A program made the position numbers and the translations under genes. Below, in pieces: positions 26,816 to 41,045 of a DNA stretch of 64,000 bases (position 1 is its first letter; each line of letters opens with the position of its first letter). The stretch comes from Candidatus Latescibacterota bacterium (GTDB lineage Bacteria; Latescibacterota; UBA2968; UBA8231). Below the pieces are notes generated by a model that did not search any database, was not told where the DNA came from, and worked only from the letters and a program-made list of their open reading frames with translations. The DNA is taken from contig CBDCSU010000006.1 in assembly GCA_965221775.1 (NCBI GenBank), positions 1,376,001 to 1,440,000 on the forward strand. Reading direction: 5' to 3'.

Positions 26816-28926
26816 TCGAGGATCACCTCCCACGCGCCCGCTCCCGAAAAGAGCAGGGTCACCGCCTCCGGACCGGCAGCGGTCTCGCGGACGCTCGCGT
26901 TGGGGTAGAGCTTCTCGTTGCGCCAGACGACCTCGCCGTTGACGCTCAGGGTTGGCCGTGGACGGCCGCCGCGATCCAGGACGAGAGCCGTCTCGCCCGC
27001 GCCTCCCGCCTCGAGCAGAACCGTCGTTCGCCGCACGCCTTCCACCTCGCCGGTCCGCCACTCCACGGAGAGGTCCCCCGCTGCGGTAGGCAGCCGGCCC
27101 CGGGCGGCGCCGGCCAGGGACAGGGCGGGCTCCACCCGGCGGCTCGCGAAGCCCGGCTCCGTCGGCGAGATGCCGAGAAGAAACCTGCCGAGAAGGTAGT
27201 CGGGGCCCGGGGCCGCGACGCCGGCCTCCGGTCCCCGCTTGTCGCGCCAGGCGGGGCCTTCTCGGCCCACGATCCGCAGCCACCAGGTGTCGATCACCTC
27301 CAGGGCGCGCGCCCCGTGCCCCGAGCGCCAGAGCCCCTCGGCCAGCAGCACCGCCTCGGCGAGGCCGGCCACCGGCGCCACCCCGGGGCCTCGCAGGGCC
27401 GCGGCCATGTGCGCCGACCGATCGTCGGGGGCGGCGCCGGCGGCCAGGACCAGCGCGTTGGCGCGCTGGCTGAAGCCGCCCTCGGAGCCATCGGCGTAAA
27501 GGCCCTGCTCGGGCCGCCACAGCCGCTCCAGGCCGGCCCGGGCCGAGTCGGCCGCCTCCCGGCAGCGGCCGGCGGCGGCGTCCTCTCCGGTCCGGCGGCA
27601 CAGGCGCTCCGCGGCGGCGGCGGCGGCCACCGCCTCGGCCAGGGACGCGGCGCCGGCCTCGGCGGCGGTCTCCCGCAGGGCGGTCTCCACGGCGGCCGGC
27701 AGCAGCCGCCCCAGGGTGTCGGCGTCGCCCGAGTAGTCGTGGTAGGCCTCCAGGCAGACCGGGAAAGGGCGGTCCCCGGCCAGGGGCCGGAGCGGGGCCG
27801 GGGCCCGCCCCAGGAGGGTGGCCCGGCCGGCGGCGAGGTGGCCGGTGCGCACGGCGTCGGCCAGCAGCAGGGCGCGGGTCCCCCACCAGTCGCAGGCCGC
27901 CGGCGGGGGACGGGTGAGGTAGGCGTCGAGGCGGCTGCCCTGCAGGGAGGGGGGACCCGCCTCCCAGGCCAGGTCGTGCTCCGGGGTGACGGACAGGGCG
28001 GCTGGCCCGCCGGCGGGGACGAAGCGCTCGCTCAGGGCCAGGCGCTCGATGGCGACCTCCTCCTGGAAGCCGCTCAGGCGCACGACCAGGTAGCGGCAGG
28101 GCACCGGCGTCAGCCCGTACCACTCCTGCCGGCCGGAGGCGCACACGTACCGCAGCCCGTGGTCGATATGCCCCCAGGCGGCCGCGGCGCCGATCTCGAC
28201 GACACCGCCCCGCCCCTCGCGCAACCGCAGACACGGATAGCCGGTGACGACGCGCCCGAAGTCGAGGACGAAAGCGACGGCCCGATGGTTGCCGGTGAGC
28301 ACCGAGGTCCGCCCCGTCAGGGCCAGCAGCTGGTCGCGATGGACGCACTTGCAGCCCCCCGGCCCCACGGAGGCCGGCGTGAAGGAGAGATCGCCTCCGG
28401 GGAGGGTTTCCTCGAAGACCGCGAAGCCGCGGGGGGCCGCCAGCCGCTCTTCGGCCCGCGGTGCTTCGTGCAGCACCTCGATCCCAGGGGCGGTCTCGAC
28501 GCCCTCCCAGTCCTCCTCCGCCGGGGGATCATCGAGGGCCGAGAAGCGATCGCCGCCGGTCAGCGGGAAGGCCTGCCAGCGGAGGTCCGACTCGACGGCT
28601 TGAGGGGGACCACCGGCCACGCCCTTCAGGCGGCCACGGCAGGCGAACCACGGAGCCTGGCCGCCGGGGGGTGACCCGACGACGGCGAGCATCTCGTGGG
28701 GGCCGGCCTCCAGCGCGCCTTCCAGCGCCAGGGGCTGCCACAGGGGGCGCTCGGCGAGGGCGCCGCCGGGGGCGCCGCCGGCCCGCACGCCGTCCACGTA
28801 GAGCTGCACGGGAGCGTTGGCGGCGATGCGCAGCCGGCCGCCGCGGCAAGGCCCCGAAAGGACCAGGCGGCGGCGCAGCAGGAGCGCGCCGCAACCGCCG
28901 CCGTGTCGGATGGGTCGATGGTTCAC
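26812..28926 (-). CDS. Alpha-L-rhamnosidase (GH78)-like protein, divergent
   Basis: LYVDG N-terminal jelly roll, LDFGRVVTGY, FSQRANAL and LGISPTEPGF...GRLPT..G...VEW C-terminal domain; catalytic motif not recognisable. Confidence 0.55.
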   Translation of the reverse strand: MNHRPIRHGGGCGALLLRRRLVLSGPCRGGRLRIAANAPVQLYVDGVRAGGAPGGALAERPLWQPLALEGALEAGPHEMLAVVGSPPGGQAPWFACRGRLKGVAGGPPQAVESDLRWQAFPLTGGDRFSALDDPPAEEDWEGVETAPGIEVLHEAPRAEERLAAPRGFAVFEETLPGGDLSFTPASVGPGGCKCVHRDQLLALTGRTSVLTGNHRAVAFVLDFGRVVTGYPCLRLREGRGGVVEIGAAAAWGHIDHGLRYVCASGRQEWYGLTPVPCRYLVVRLSGFQEEVAIERLALSERFVPAGGPAALSVTPEHDLAWEAGPPSLQGSRLDAYLTRPPPAACDWWGTRALLLADAVRTGHLAAGRATLLGRAPAPLRPLAGDRPFPVCLEAYHDYSGDADTLGRLLPAAVETALRETAAEAGAASLAEAVAAAAAAERLCRRTGEDAAAGRCREAADSARAGLERLWRPEQGLYADGSEGGFSQRANALVLAAGAAPDDRSAHMAAALRGPGVAPVAGLAEAVLLAEGLWRSGHGARALEVIDTWWLRIVGREGPAWRDKRGPEAGVAAPGPDYLLGRFLLGISPTEPGFASRRVEPALSLAGAARGRLPTAAGDLSVEWRTGEVEGVRRTTVLLEAGGAGETALVLDRGGRPRPTLSVNGEVVWRNEKLYPNASVRETAAGPEAVTLLFSGAGAWEVILE

Positions 28927-28990
28927 GGACGGTAGAACGGGATTGCCGTCGCCGCCGTCAAGCGGCCGGCCGTCCGCAGAGAGGTCGGAC

Positions 28991-30427
<1,437 letters not shown>

Positions 30428-30463
30428 CTTGGTTTCACCTCTTCTCTCAAGGGTTCGAAGTTA

Positions 30464-33094
<2,631 letters not shown>

Positions 33095-33124
33095 TGTCAT
33101 CGCTCCTGGTGACAGCGGCGATGG

Positions 33125-33141
33125 TGCAAAAGCCGTACCCC
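33125..33141 (-). promoter_or_regulatory. Putative sigma54 (-24/-12) promoter of clpB-degP
   Basis: Minus strand GGGGTACGGCTTTTGCA = GG-N10-GC, close to consensus TGGCACG-N4-TTGC, about 30 nt upstream of the start codon. Confidence 0.6.
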
Positions 33142-33152
33142 AGGCGACACCC

Positions 33153-33209
33153 TGCCGGATCGGCAGAATCCGACGAGGCCAGGGAGGCTCCGGCGGTGCC
33201 GATCAGGCA
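33153..33209. promoter_or_regulatory. Two TGCC-N5-GGCA palindromes (candidate activator sites)
   Basis: TGCCGGATCGGCA at 33153-33165 and TGCCGATCAGGCA at 33197-33209, 44 bp apart, upstream of the sigma54-like site. Confidence 0.4.
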
Positions 33210-33300
33210 CCCCGCGGCAAGTGTGACCGGAAGACCCGGCGCCCCCGGGCGGCCTCAGGGCTGCCGTTGCAGACGGGGCCCCGGCTCCGGGGGCCGCGCC

Positions 33301-34146
33301 TCAATACACTTCGGGGACGAAGTGCTGCTCCTCACGCGGCGGACGCTGGTAGGGCTCCTCATCGGCGCGCGGCGGCAAGGTGACTTCCGGAAGGGTGATG
33401 TCCTCGTGGGGGATCGCCTTCAGGATGTCGCGGATGCAGTTCAGCCGCGCCTTCTGCTTCTCGTCGGAGAGCACCACCCTCCAGGGCGCCTCCTCGATAT
33501 CGGTGTAGAAGAAGGTCTCGTCCTTGGCCCGGGAGAAGTGGACCCAGCGATCGCGCTCCGCCAGGTCGATGTCGCTCAGCTTCCAGCGCTTCCTCGGCTC
33601 GTTGACGCGCGCCTGGAAGCGCTTCTCCTGCTCCTCGGCGCTGACGGAGAACCAGTACTTGAGGAGGATGATGCCGTCGCGCACCAGCATGCGCTCGAAT
33701 TCGGGGCAGGAGCGCAGGAACTCGCGGTACTGCCTGTCGGTGCAGAACCCCATCACCTTCTCCACGCCGGAGCGGTTGTACCAGCTGCGGTCGAAGATGA
33801 CGATCTCCCCGGCCGATGGCAGGTGGGAGATGTAGCGCTGGAAATACCACTGGGAACGCTCGCGGTCGGAGGGCTTGGCCAGGGCCACGACGCGGCAGCC
33901 CCGGGGGTTGAGGGGCTCGGTGATGCGCTTGATCGCCCCGCCCTTGCCGGCCCCTCCGCGGCCCTCGAAGACGAGGACCACCCGAAGGTCGCGGTCCTTG
34001 ATCCAGTACTGGAGGTTGACGAGCTCGTTCTGCAGCCGCTGCAGCTCACGATCGTAGAACCCGCTCTTCAGACGGCCGTCCTTCCTGTAGATGTCCCCGT
34101 CCACGCCGTTCCCGTGGCCCTGTTCCCGCTTCCTGGTCTTGCTCAT
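33301..34146 (-). CDS. ppk2: Polyphosphate kinase 2
   Basis: FEGRGGAGKGG, QWYFQRY, FDRSWYNR.GVE and WKLS motifs; ATG 34146. Confidence 0.93.
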   Translation of the reverse strand: MSKTRKREQGHGNGVDGDIYRKDGRLKSGFYDRELQRLQNELVNLQYWIKDRDLRVVLVFEGRGGAGKGGAIKRITEPLNPRGCRVVALAKPSDRERSQWYFQRYISHLPSAGEIVIFDRSWYNRSGVEKVMGFCTDRQYREFLRSCPEFERMLVRDGIILLKYWFSVSAEEQEKRFQARVNEPRKRWKLSDIDLAERDRWVHFSRAKDETFFYTDIEEAPWRVVLSDEKQKARLNCIRDILKAIPHEDITLPEVTLPPRADEEPYQRPPREEQHFVPEVY

Positions 34147-34217
34147 GGGGAGATTCCTCCTGCCGGCCCCGAAAGGTAGCGGAACGCTTGGCGGGCCGGC
34201 AACGCACCCCCGCGCCT

Positions 34218-35600
34218 TCAGTTGATGAGGCTGAACCGGAAGAACGTGAGGGACAGGGCCGAGCCCTTGGACGAGCCGGGCACCAGCCCCCCCCGGGTGG
34301 CGTAGGCGAAGTCGAAGAGCTCCAGCTCCGTGCCGCGGATGGTGAACGGTCCGAAGGCGAAGCCGACGGCGGTGCTGGAGCTGCGGCCTCCGAGGGAGAT
34401 GCCCGAGCGCGCCGGGAACCAGGATACCAGCCTGTATTCGGCGCCGAAGGAGATCCTGGGCGTTGTCGTCAGCCCGAACCCTTCGCTCAGGGCCTGATCG
34501 TAGTTGCCGAGCAGGGTCAGCTGCGAGGTCTGCCGGCGGGCCGCGCCGACGCGCAGAAGGGCCGGCAGGGACCGCGAGAAACTCCGTTCGCCGACCTTCT
34601 CCAGGTGCTCCTCGACGCCGTCCCCGTTGAGGTCGTCCTTGTCGACGATGTCCCAGATGTTCTCCACGTCGAGAAGACGGGTCACCCGGAGGCCGCTGGC
34701 GGCGGCGTAGAACGAGTCCTGCTGCGCCGCGATGTTCCAGGTCATGGCGTCGAGCAGGTTGAGCACGCCGAGGCCGAAGGTCGTTCGGTGGTCCCGGGTC
34801 ACTCCGGCGACGCCGAGGTCGATGCCGAACCCGAGGCCGCCGCCGTACTGGGCCAGGCCCTGCAGGTCGTCCAGCTCCGCGCCCACGGGAAGGACCTCCA
34901 GCACGCCGCTGGTCTCCACCACCTCGCCGTAGGCGCCGCCGAGAAGCTTGAAGGTCATCCCGAGGGAGAGCTCCCCCAGGTAGGGCTCCAGCCGGGGCGG
35001 CAGCCACGGACGGGCGCCAGACCAGTTGAGGCTGGCCACGCCCCAGCCCGAACCGTCCCAGTCGGAGATGTCGTACGGGCGGTCGAACTCGTTGCCGTAG
35101 AACATCAGGTGGAAGATGTCCTTCGGCAGCTCGCCCTCCACGCCGACGGCCAGGCCAGTGGTGACGGCGGCGTGGATCCCCCAGGGCATGGCAAAGGCGG
35201 CGCCGCCGTTGAGGGGAACGCCGGCGATGACCGAAGGCATGAGGTCGAGGTTGAACCCGAGGCCGCTCCCCGGGACCTCGCCGAGCAGGTCCTGCTTGTC
35301 GCGGTCGGTGAGGACGTGCTGATCGTCGGTGAAGTGGTCGTTGTAGGCCTTCACCGAGAAGGCGTTGTTCTCGGCCACCAGGCCGACGCCGGCGGCCAGC
35401 ATCTCCCACTTGAAGCGCGGACTGGTCCTCAAGCCCAGGTTGGCGGGGTTCCAGAACGCGGCCTCCGGACCCCGGGCCAGGGCCGTGTACGACCTCCCGA
35501 GGGCGAGAGCCCGGGCCGAGCTGTCCCCGACGACGCCGAAGGCTCCCGTGGCGGTCAGGCAGACGGCGAGGAGGACGCGGACGGCGGCGGGACCGGTCAT
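34218..35600 (-). CDS. Predicted outer-membrane beta-barrel protein (DUF5723/FadL/PorV-like)
   Basis: Signal peptide; ARALALG...AAFWNPANL plug motif; amphipathic beta-strands (GFGIDLG, FGAEY); aromatic C-terminus. Confidence 0.6.
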   Translation of the reverse strand: MTGPAAVRVLLAVCLTATGAFGVVGDSSARALALGRSYTALARGPEAAFWNPANLGLRTSPRFKWEMLAAGVGLVAENNAFSVKAYNDHFTDDQHVLTDRDKQDLLGEVPGSGLGFNLDLMPSVIAGVPLNGGAAFAMPWGIHAAVTTGLAVGVEGELPKDIFHLMFYGNEFDRPYDISDWDGSGWGVASLNWSGARPWLPPRLEPYLGELSLGMTFKLLGGAYGEVVETSGVLEVLPVGAELDDLQGLAQYGGGLGFGIDLGVAGVTRDHRTTFGLGVLNLLDAMTWNIAAQQDSFYAAASGLRVTRLLDVENIWDIVDKDDLNGDGVEEHLEKVGERSFSRSLPALLRVGAARRQTSQLTLLGNYDQALSEGFGLTTTPRISFGAEYRLVSWFPARSGISLGGRSSSTAVGFAFGPFTIRGTELELFDFAYATRGGLVPGSSKGSALSLTFFRFSLIN

Positions 35601-37729
35601 TCGACGAGGGACTCGTTGAGCTCGATGAAGATCTCGGCCTGCGCCTGAACGACGACGATGTCGTCGCCGTGGATCTGGTCCCAGGTGGGCGATGCCAGGC
35701 GGACCTTGACCCCGCTGTACAGGGTCCGCACCCGGCTGTCGGGGTCCGCGGGCCCCGGGTCGTCGGGGTCGATGTCGAGGAGCAGGCGCAGGTCGTCGGC
35801 GGTCAGGAAGACCTGGCGGATGCCGGGCGCGTCCGGGTCGACGCCGAAGTACTGCCCGTCCTCCTTGGGAAGGGTCAGGATCGGATCGGAGAACACGAGG
35901 CCGGGATCGTAGGCGGTGAACAGGCGCACGCCGATGGCCAGGGGGGTCTTGTTGAGTACCGTCGTCGTCACCACCGCGCCCTCGATGTTGGCGTTGATCC
36001 GCCGCCGGGCCTCGGCGTCGGTGAAAGCCCCCTGGGAGCGCGGGCTGCTCTCGAACCAGGAGGTGTCGGCCAGCAGGCGGGCGGGGGCCTCGAAGGCCAC
36101 CTTGTCGAGGCGGATCCAGTGATCGGCGGCGACCCGGGAGGTGTCCGCCTCGAACCCCGCGCCGATGAGGATGGAGTCGGTGTGCACGGTGACCCGGGTG
36201 GGCAGGAAGTCGAGGAAGGGGGTGAGCCGGCCGGGGGCGACATCGATCGAGCGCGTCACCGGGTCGGCCGGTGAGCCCGCCTCGGTGTCGAGGCGCAGCT
36301 GCAAGGTCCGCTCCAGCCCGGCCGAGTCCGGAATCGCCGAGTCGGTCCCGACGACGCGGAGGTCCAGGCGCCCGGGCACGCCCACGGCGCTGGTGTAGGT
36401 CACCCTCATGCCCGCCGAATCGAAGGCCACGGCGTTGATCGTATCGGCCCCCGCGGGCAGGTCGATGTAGCGCGTCCGCGGCTCGATCGCGGGCAGTTGA
36501 AGGCGATCGAACCGGCCGCTGACCTCGCGGAAGGTCAGCTTCTCCGGGACCGCCTCCACGATCAGCGCCGCCTCCGGGCGCAGGGTCACCGCCGCCTCCG
36601 ACCGGTGGGTGCGGCCCGTGTACCCGACGCGCATCTCCAGTGGATCGTCCGGCCGGAAGACGTGGCCGTCGAGGGGGATCACGACCTCCCGGGAAGCACC
36701 CGCGCCAAGCCCGTCGATGACCCCGGCCGCCGAGACCCCGGTCGCCTCGTCGGCCACCTCGGGCAGCGCCAGGGTCACGTCCATCGCCACCGGCAGCTCG
36801 TTGGTGACCACCAGGCTCAGGCGGCCGCTCTCGATCAGGGCCCGCGTCAGCCGCAGGTGGTCCGCCGGGAGCGTGATCACGGCGGGCTCGTCGGGTGCCA
36901 CCACCTGGGGCTCGATGGGGGCGGTGGCCTCGCGCACCACCAGGCGGCTCAGCCCGAGGGTGACGGCGAGGGAGTCCTCCGCGCGCAGGGTGACGGTCTC
37001 CTCCGGCGCCTCCAGGCGGGCGCTCTCCAGGAGAAGGACCAGGTCCCCCGAGATCCGCCGGTCGGTGAGGTCGAAGACCGCGGCCCCGGTGCCCCCGGCG
37101 TCGATGCGGCGCAGTTCTGCCGTCTGCACCGTGCGGCCCCCGTCGAGGAGGGCCAGCTCCAGGTCGACGAAGGCCAGGGGCAGGCCGTTGGCGATCGTCA
37201 CGGTCAGGCTCCCCGAGGCCACCTCGAGGGACTCGACCCCCGGCAGGGGCAGCTCCAGGCCGGAGAGCGAGGTCTCCTCGGGGACCCGGATCTCCTGCCC
37301 GAGAAGCTCCGCGGGCAGAAACGCCCCGGCGGTGATCAGGGGCAGGACGATCTCCCGGCCGGCGAAAGCGATCTCCCCGAGGGGCGCGGAGAAACGGGCG
37401 GGCTCGGGCGTGACGGCGAGGCGGCCGCCGACCTCGGACCGGCCCTCGAGGTCGCTGAACTCGCGGTCGTAGCGGAAGGCGATGCTGCCGTCGGCGCGGA
37501 GGGCGAGATAGTCGGCCTCCTCGGCGACGATCTCGGAGAGAGCCGTCGTGTCGTTGGCCACCGGAACGCGGAGGACGATGGACGACCGCGGAACCTGGGG
37601 CTTCTCCACGGCGCAGCCGGCGGCGATCAGCGCCGCCCCGAGTGCCGCAGCTACCGCGGCGGACCGAGGGCGCGGGCAGGCGGCCCCCCTGGGGATGTGC
37701 CGGGATGCCCTCTGGCGGCCGGTGGTCAT
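35597..37729 (-). CDS. Large beta-rich lipoprotein of unknown function
   Basis: Lipobox IAAG-C; repeated +.+.N.(L/T)P segments; stop overlaps the barrel gene start. Confidence 0.6.
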   Translation of the reverse strand: MTTGRQRASRHIPRGAACPRPRSAAVAAALGAALIAAGCAVEKPQVPRSSIVLRVPVANDTTALSEIVAEEADYLALRADGSIAFRYDREFSDLEGRSEVGGRLAVTPEPARFSAPLGEIAFAGREIVLPLITAGAFLPAELLGQEIRVPEETSLSGLELPLPGVESLEVASGSLTVTIANGLPLAFVDLELALLDGGRTVQTAELRRIDAGGTGAAVFDLTDRRISGDLVLLLESARLEAPEETVTLRAEDSLAVTLGLSRLVVREATAPIEPQVVAPDEPAVITLPADHLRLTRALIESGRLSLVVTNELPVAMDVTLALPEVADEATGVSAAGVIDGLGAGASREVVIPLDGHVFRPDDPLEMRVGYTGRTHRSEAAVTLRPEAALIVEAVPEKLTFREVSGRFDRLQLPAIEPRTRYIDLPAGADTINAVAFDSAGMRVTYTSAVGVPGRLDLRVVGTDSAIPDSAGLERTLQLRLDTEAGSPADPVTRSIDVAPGRLTPFLDFLPTRVTVHTDSILIGAGFEADTSRVAADHWIRLDKVAFEAPARLLADTSWFESSPRSQGAFTDAEARRRINANIEGAVVTTTVLNKTPLAIGVRLFTAYDPGLVFSDPILTLPKEDGQYFGVDPDAPGIRQVFLTADDLRLLLDIDPDDPGPADPDSRVRTLYSGVKVRLASPTWDQIHGDDIVVVQAQAEIFIELNESLVE

Positions 37730-37745
37730 CTCCGCAAGCCGCGGC

Positions 37746-38906
37746 TCAGATCCCGGCGGCCTGCTCGAGGGCGGCAACCTTGTCCGTCCTCTCCCAGGTG
37801 AAGTCGTCGCCGCCGCGTCCGAAGTGGCCGTAGTTGGCGGTCTTGCGGTAGATGGGGCGGCGCAGCTGCAGGTGGTCGATGATCCCCCGGGGCGTCAGGT
37901 CGAAGACCTCGGAGATCAGCCCCGCCATCTCGCCGTCCTTCACCACCCCGCCCGTGCCGAAGGTGTTCACCAGGATCGACACCGGCCGGGCGACGCCGAT
38001 GGCGTAGGCGAGCTGGATCTGGCAGCGGCCGGCCAGCCCGGCGGCGACCAGGTTCTTGGCCACGTAGCGGGCCATGTAGTGGGCGCTTCGATCGACCTTC
38101 GTCGGGTCCTTGCCGGAGAACGCGCCGCCGCCGTGGGGGCAGGCGCCGCCGTAGGTGTCGACGATGATCTTGCGCCCCGTGAGGCCGCAGTCGCCATGGG
38201 GGCCGCCGACGACGAAGCGGCCCGTGGGATTGATGTGATAGACCGTGTCCGGGCCGAGGAGGTCCTGCGGGACCACCTTCCGGATCTCGGCGATCATGTC
38301 CCGCTCGATGCGGGAGTGCTCGACGTCCGGGTCGTGCTGCGTCGACAGGACGACGGCGGCGACCCGCCGGGGCTCGTCGCCCTGGTACTCCACGGTGACC
38401 TGCGACTTGGCGTCGGGCCGCAGGTAGCCGACGGCCCCCTCCCTCCGGAGGCGGGCGTGATGCTGCAGGATGCGGTGGGCCAGGGTGATGGGCAGGGGCA
38501 TCAGCTCCGGGGTCTCGCGGCAGGCGAAACCGAACATCATGCCCTGATCGCCGGCCCCCATCTCCCGGTGCAGGCCTTCCGACTCGGTGACCCCCTGGGA
38601 GATGTCGGCGGACTGCTTGTCGAGGGCGACGACGACGCCGCAGGAGCGGGCGTCGAAGCCGTAGGCGGGATCGGTGTAGCCCACGTCCTCCACGACCTGG
38701 CGGACCGTGGCCTGGATGTCGGGCTGCGCCGCCGAGGTGACCTCCCCGGCCACGACCACGAGCCCGGTGGTGACCAGGGTCTCGCAGGCGACCCGGGAGT
38801 GGGGATCCCCGGCGAGCATGGCGTCGAGAACGGCATCCGAGATCTGGTCGGCCACCTTGTCGGGATGTCCCTCGGAGACCGATTCGGATGTAAACAGGTG
38901 ACTCAC
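37746..38906 (-). CDS. metK: S-adenosylmethionine synthetase
   Basis: [19 protein letters not shown] and GGGAFSGKD motifs. Confidence 0.98.
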   Translation of the reverse strand: MSHLFTSESVSEGHPDKVADQISDAVLDAMLAGDPHSRVACETLVTTGLVVVAGEVTSAAQPDIQATVRQVVEDVGYTDPAYGFDARSCGVVVALDKQSADISQGVTESEGLHREMGAGDQGMMFGFACRETPELMPLPITLAHRILQHHARLRREGAVGYLRPDAKSQVTVEYQGDEPRRVAAVVLSTQHDPDVEHSRIERDMIAEIRKVVPQDLLGPDTVYHINPTGRFVVGGPHGDCGLTGRKIIVDTYGGACPHGGGAFSGKDPTKVDRSAHYMARYVAKNLVAAGLAGRCQIQLAYAIGVARPVSILVNTFGTGGVVKDGEMAGLISEVFDLTPRGIIDHLQLRRPIYRKTANYGHFGRGGDDFTWERTDKVAALEQAAGI

Positions 38907-38940
38907 TTCCTCCCTCTCCTCGTCTTGGGTCGATGCACGG

Positions 38941-40731
38941 TCATCCCTCCACCTCCTCGCTGGGGGGGCGGGCGGCGGCCAGCACCTCCGACATCTCGGC
39001 CTCGACCCGTTCGCGGACCTCCCGGGCCGAGGTCAGTGCCAGGCACTGGCGGGCCAGCTCCGTCATCCGCCCGATCTCCGCGGCTCTCAGCAGCTCCCTC
39101 ACCTCCGGGATCTGGGGCGGGCTCACGCTCAACTGGCGCACCCCCAGCCCCAGAAGGAGCAGGGCGGCCACCGGGTCGGCGACCATCTCGCCGCAGATGT
39201 TCGTCGGGATCCCCGCCCCCTGCGAGGCCTCGGCGACCTGCCGGATCAGGCGAAGGACGGCCGGATGCAGCGGCTGGTATAGCTCGGCCACGCGCGCCGT
39301 ACCGCGGTCGACGGCCAGGGTGTACTGGACCAGGTCGTTGGTCCCCAGGCTGAAGAAGTCGACCTCCCCGGCCAGCTGCTCGGCGGTGATCGCCGCCGAC
39401 GGCACCTCGATCATCACCCCCACCTGGCAGTCGGCCCTGTGGTCGATCCCCTCGCGGCTCAGATCGGCCGCGGTCTCGGCGATCATCTCCCGGGCCTGCC
39501 GGATCTCCTCCAGGCCGCTGATCATGGGCAGGAGGATGCGCGTCTCGCCGTGGACGGCGGCCCTCAGGATGGCGCGCAACTGGGTCTTGAACAGGTCCGG
39601 ATTGTCGAGACAGATGCGGATGCCCCGCCAGCCGAGAAAGGGATTGGCCTCCGGGGGCGAGTCGACGGCGTGGATGAGCTTGTCCCCCCCGAGGTCGATG
39701 GTGCGGATCACCACCGGCTGCGGCGCCATGGCCTTGACGATCCTGGAATAGCAGTCGAGCTGGTCGGCCTCCGAGGGCAACCCGTACCCGAGGTAGAGGA
39801 ACTCGGTGCGGAGCATGCCCACGCCCCGGGCGCCGTTGCGCACCGCCAGGTCGATCTCCTGCGGCAGGTCGAGATTGGCCAGGAGCACCACCTCCTCGCC
39901 GTCGCGGGTCACCGTGGGCAGGTCCGCCCGCCGGCTCAGCTCCCGCTCGCGGCGCAGCTGCCGGCGGCGGCGGGTGCGGAAGCGCCGCAGGGTCGCCGCG
40001 TCGGGACGCACGTGCACGGTGCCCTCGTCGCCGTCGACGACCAGCAGATCGCCGGCGCGCACCGCCCAGGAAGCCCTCCCCGTTCCGACCACCGTGGGCA
40101 GTCCGAGAGAACGGGCGATGATGCTGGTGTGGGACGTCTCCCCTCCCACGTCGGTGACCAGGCCCGTCACCAGCCGCCGGGCCAGCTGGGCGGCTTCGGA
40201 AGGCAGCAGGTCGCGGGCGACGATCACGGTGTTGGAGCGCAGCGTCTGCAGACCGGAGAACCCGCCCCCCGCCAGGTGCACGAGAACCTGTTGCTCGATG
40301 TCCTTGAGGTCCCCCACCCGGGCGCGCAGGTACTCGTTGTCGATCTTCTCGAACTCCCGGCGAAGGGCGCCCATGGTGGCGGCGAAGGCGCCCTCGGCCG
40401 AGCGCCTGGCGGAGCGGATGCGCTCGATCGTCGCGTCGCGGACCTGCACGTCCTCGAGCATGGCCAGCTGGGCGTCGAAGATCAGCGCCAGGTCGGTCCC
40501 GTGCTCGTGCTCGACGCGCTGGCGGGTGCGGCGCACGTCGCCGGCCACCGCCTCCAGGGCGGCGCGGAAGCGCCCCACCTCGGCCTCCACGCGATGGGCG
40601 GGGACCTTCCTCGGCGAGCCGGCGGCGGGACTCTCCACCCGGTGGGTGAAGGCCTTGCCGATGGCGATCCCGGGCGAGGCCGGGATGCCCTCGATCCTCC
40701 GGTAGGTCCCGCGCTGGGTCGATTGGCTCAC
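38941..40731 (-). CDS. ptsI: PEP-protein phosphotransferase (PTS enzyme I)
   Basis: TSHTSIIAR phospho-His motif, [25 protein letters not shown] and ICGE. Confidence 0.95.
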   Translation of the reverse strand: MSQSTQRGTYRRIEGIPASPGIAIGKAFTHRVESPAAGSPRKVPAHRVEAEVGRFRAALEAVAGDVRRTRQRVEHEHGTDLALIFDAQLAMLEDVQVRDATIERIRSARRSAEGAFAATMGALRREFEKIDNEYLRARVGDLKDIEQQVLVHLAGGGFSGLQTLRSNTVIVARDLLPSEAAQLARRLVTGLVTDVGGETSHTSIIARSLGLPTVVGTGRASWAVRAGDLLVVDGDEGTVHVRPDAATLRRFRTRRRRQLRRERELSRRADLPTVTRDGEEVVLLANLDLPQEIDLAVRNGARGVGMLRTEFLYLGYGLPSEADQLDCYSRIVKAMAPQPVVIRTIDLGGDKLIHAVDSPPEANPFLGWRGIRICLDNPDLFKTQLRAILRAAVHGETRILLPMISGLEEIRQAREMIAETAADLSREGIDHRADCQVGVMIEVPSAAITAEQLAGEVDFFSLGTNDLVQYTLAVDRGTARVAELYQPLHPAVLRLIRQVAEASQGAGIPTNICGEMVADPVAALLLLGLGVRQLSVSPPQIPEVRELLRAAEIGRMTELARQCLALTSAREVRERVEAEMSEVLAAARPPSEEVEG

Positions 40732-40738
40732 GGCGTCC

Positions 40739-41008
40739 TCAGGTACTCTCGAAGTCTCCGCCGAGCAGTCCGGTCACCGCCTCCAGGGCGGCCTCGGCAT
40801 CGCTGCCCTCGGCCTCGACCACCACCTCGGAGCCATGCTCGGCGGCGAGCATCATCACCCCCATGATGCTCTTGCCGTTGATGCGGTTCACGTCGCCCTT
40901 GCTCAGATAGATATCGGCCTCGTAGCGCGAGGCCGCCTGCACGAGGAGGGTGGCGGGACGGGCGTGGATGCCCAGCTTGTTCGTGACCTTCACGCTCTTG
41001 CGGATCAT
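40739..41008 (-). CDS. ptsH: Phosphocarrier protein HPr
   Basis: GIHARP (His15) and GKSIMGVM (Ser46). Confidence 0.95.
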   Translation of the reverse strand: MIRKSVKVTNKLGIHARPATLLVQAASRYEADIYLSKGDVNRINGKSIMGVMMLAAEHGSEVVVEAEGSDAEAALEAVTGLLGGDFEST

Positions 41009-41045
41009 CGGTTTCGCCGGTCTGCCCCGGTGCGGGAGGGGTTCC

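Noticed and set aside
38941-41008. PTS sugar uptake system
   Set aside because: Only EI and HPr are present, with no EII permease in the window; this is an ordinary, likely regulatory arrangement
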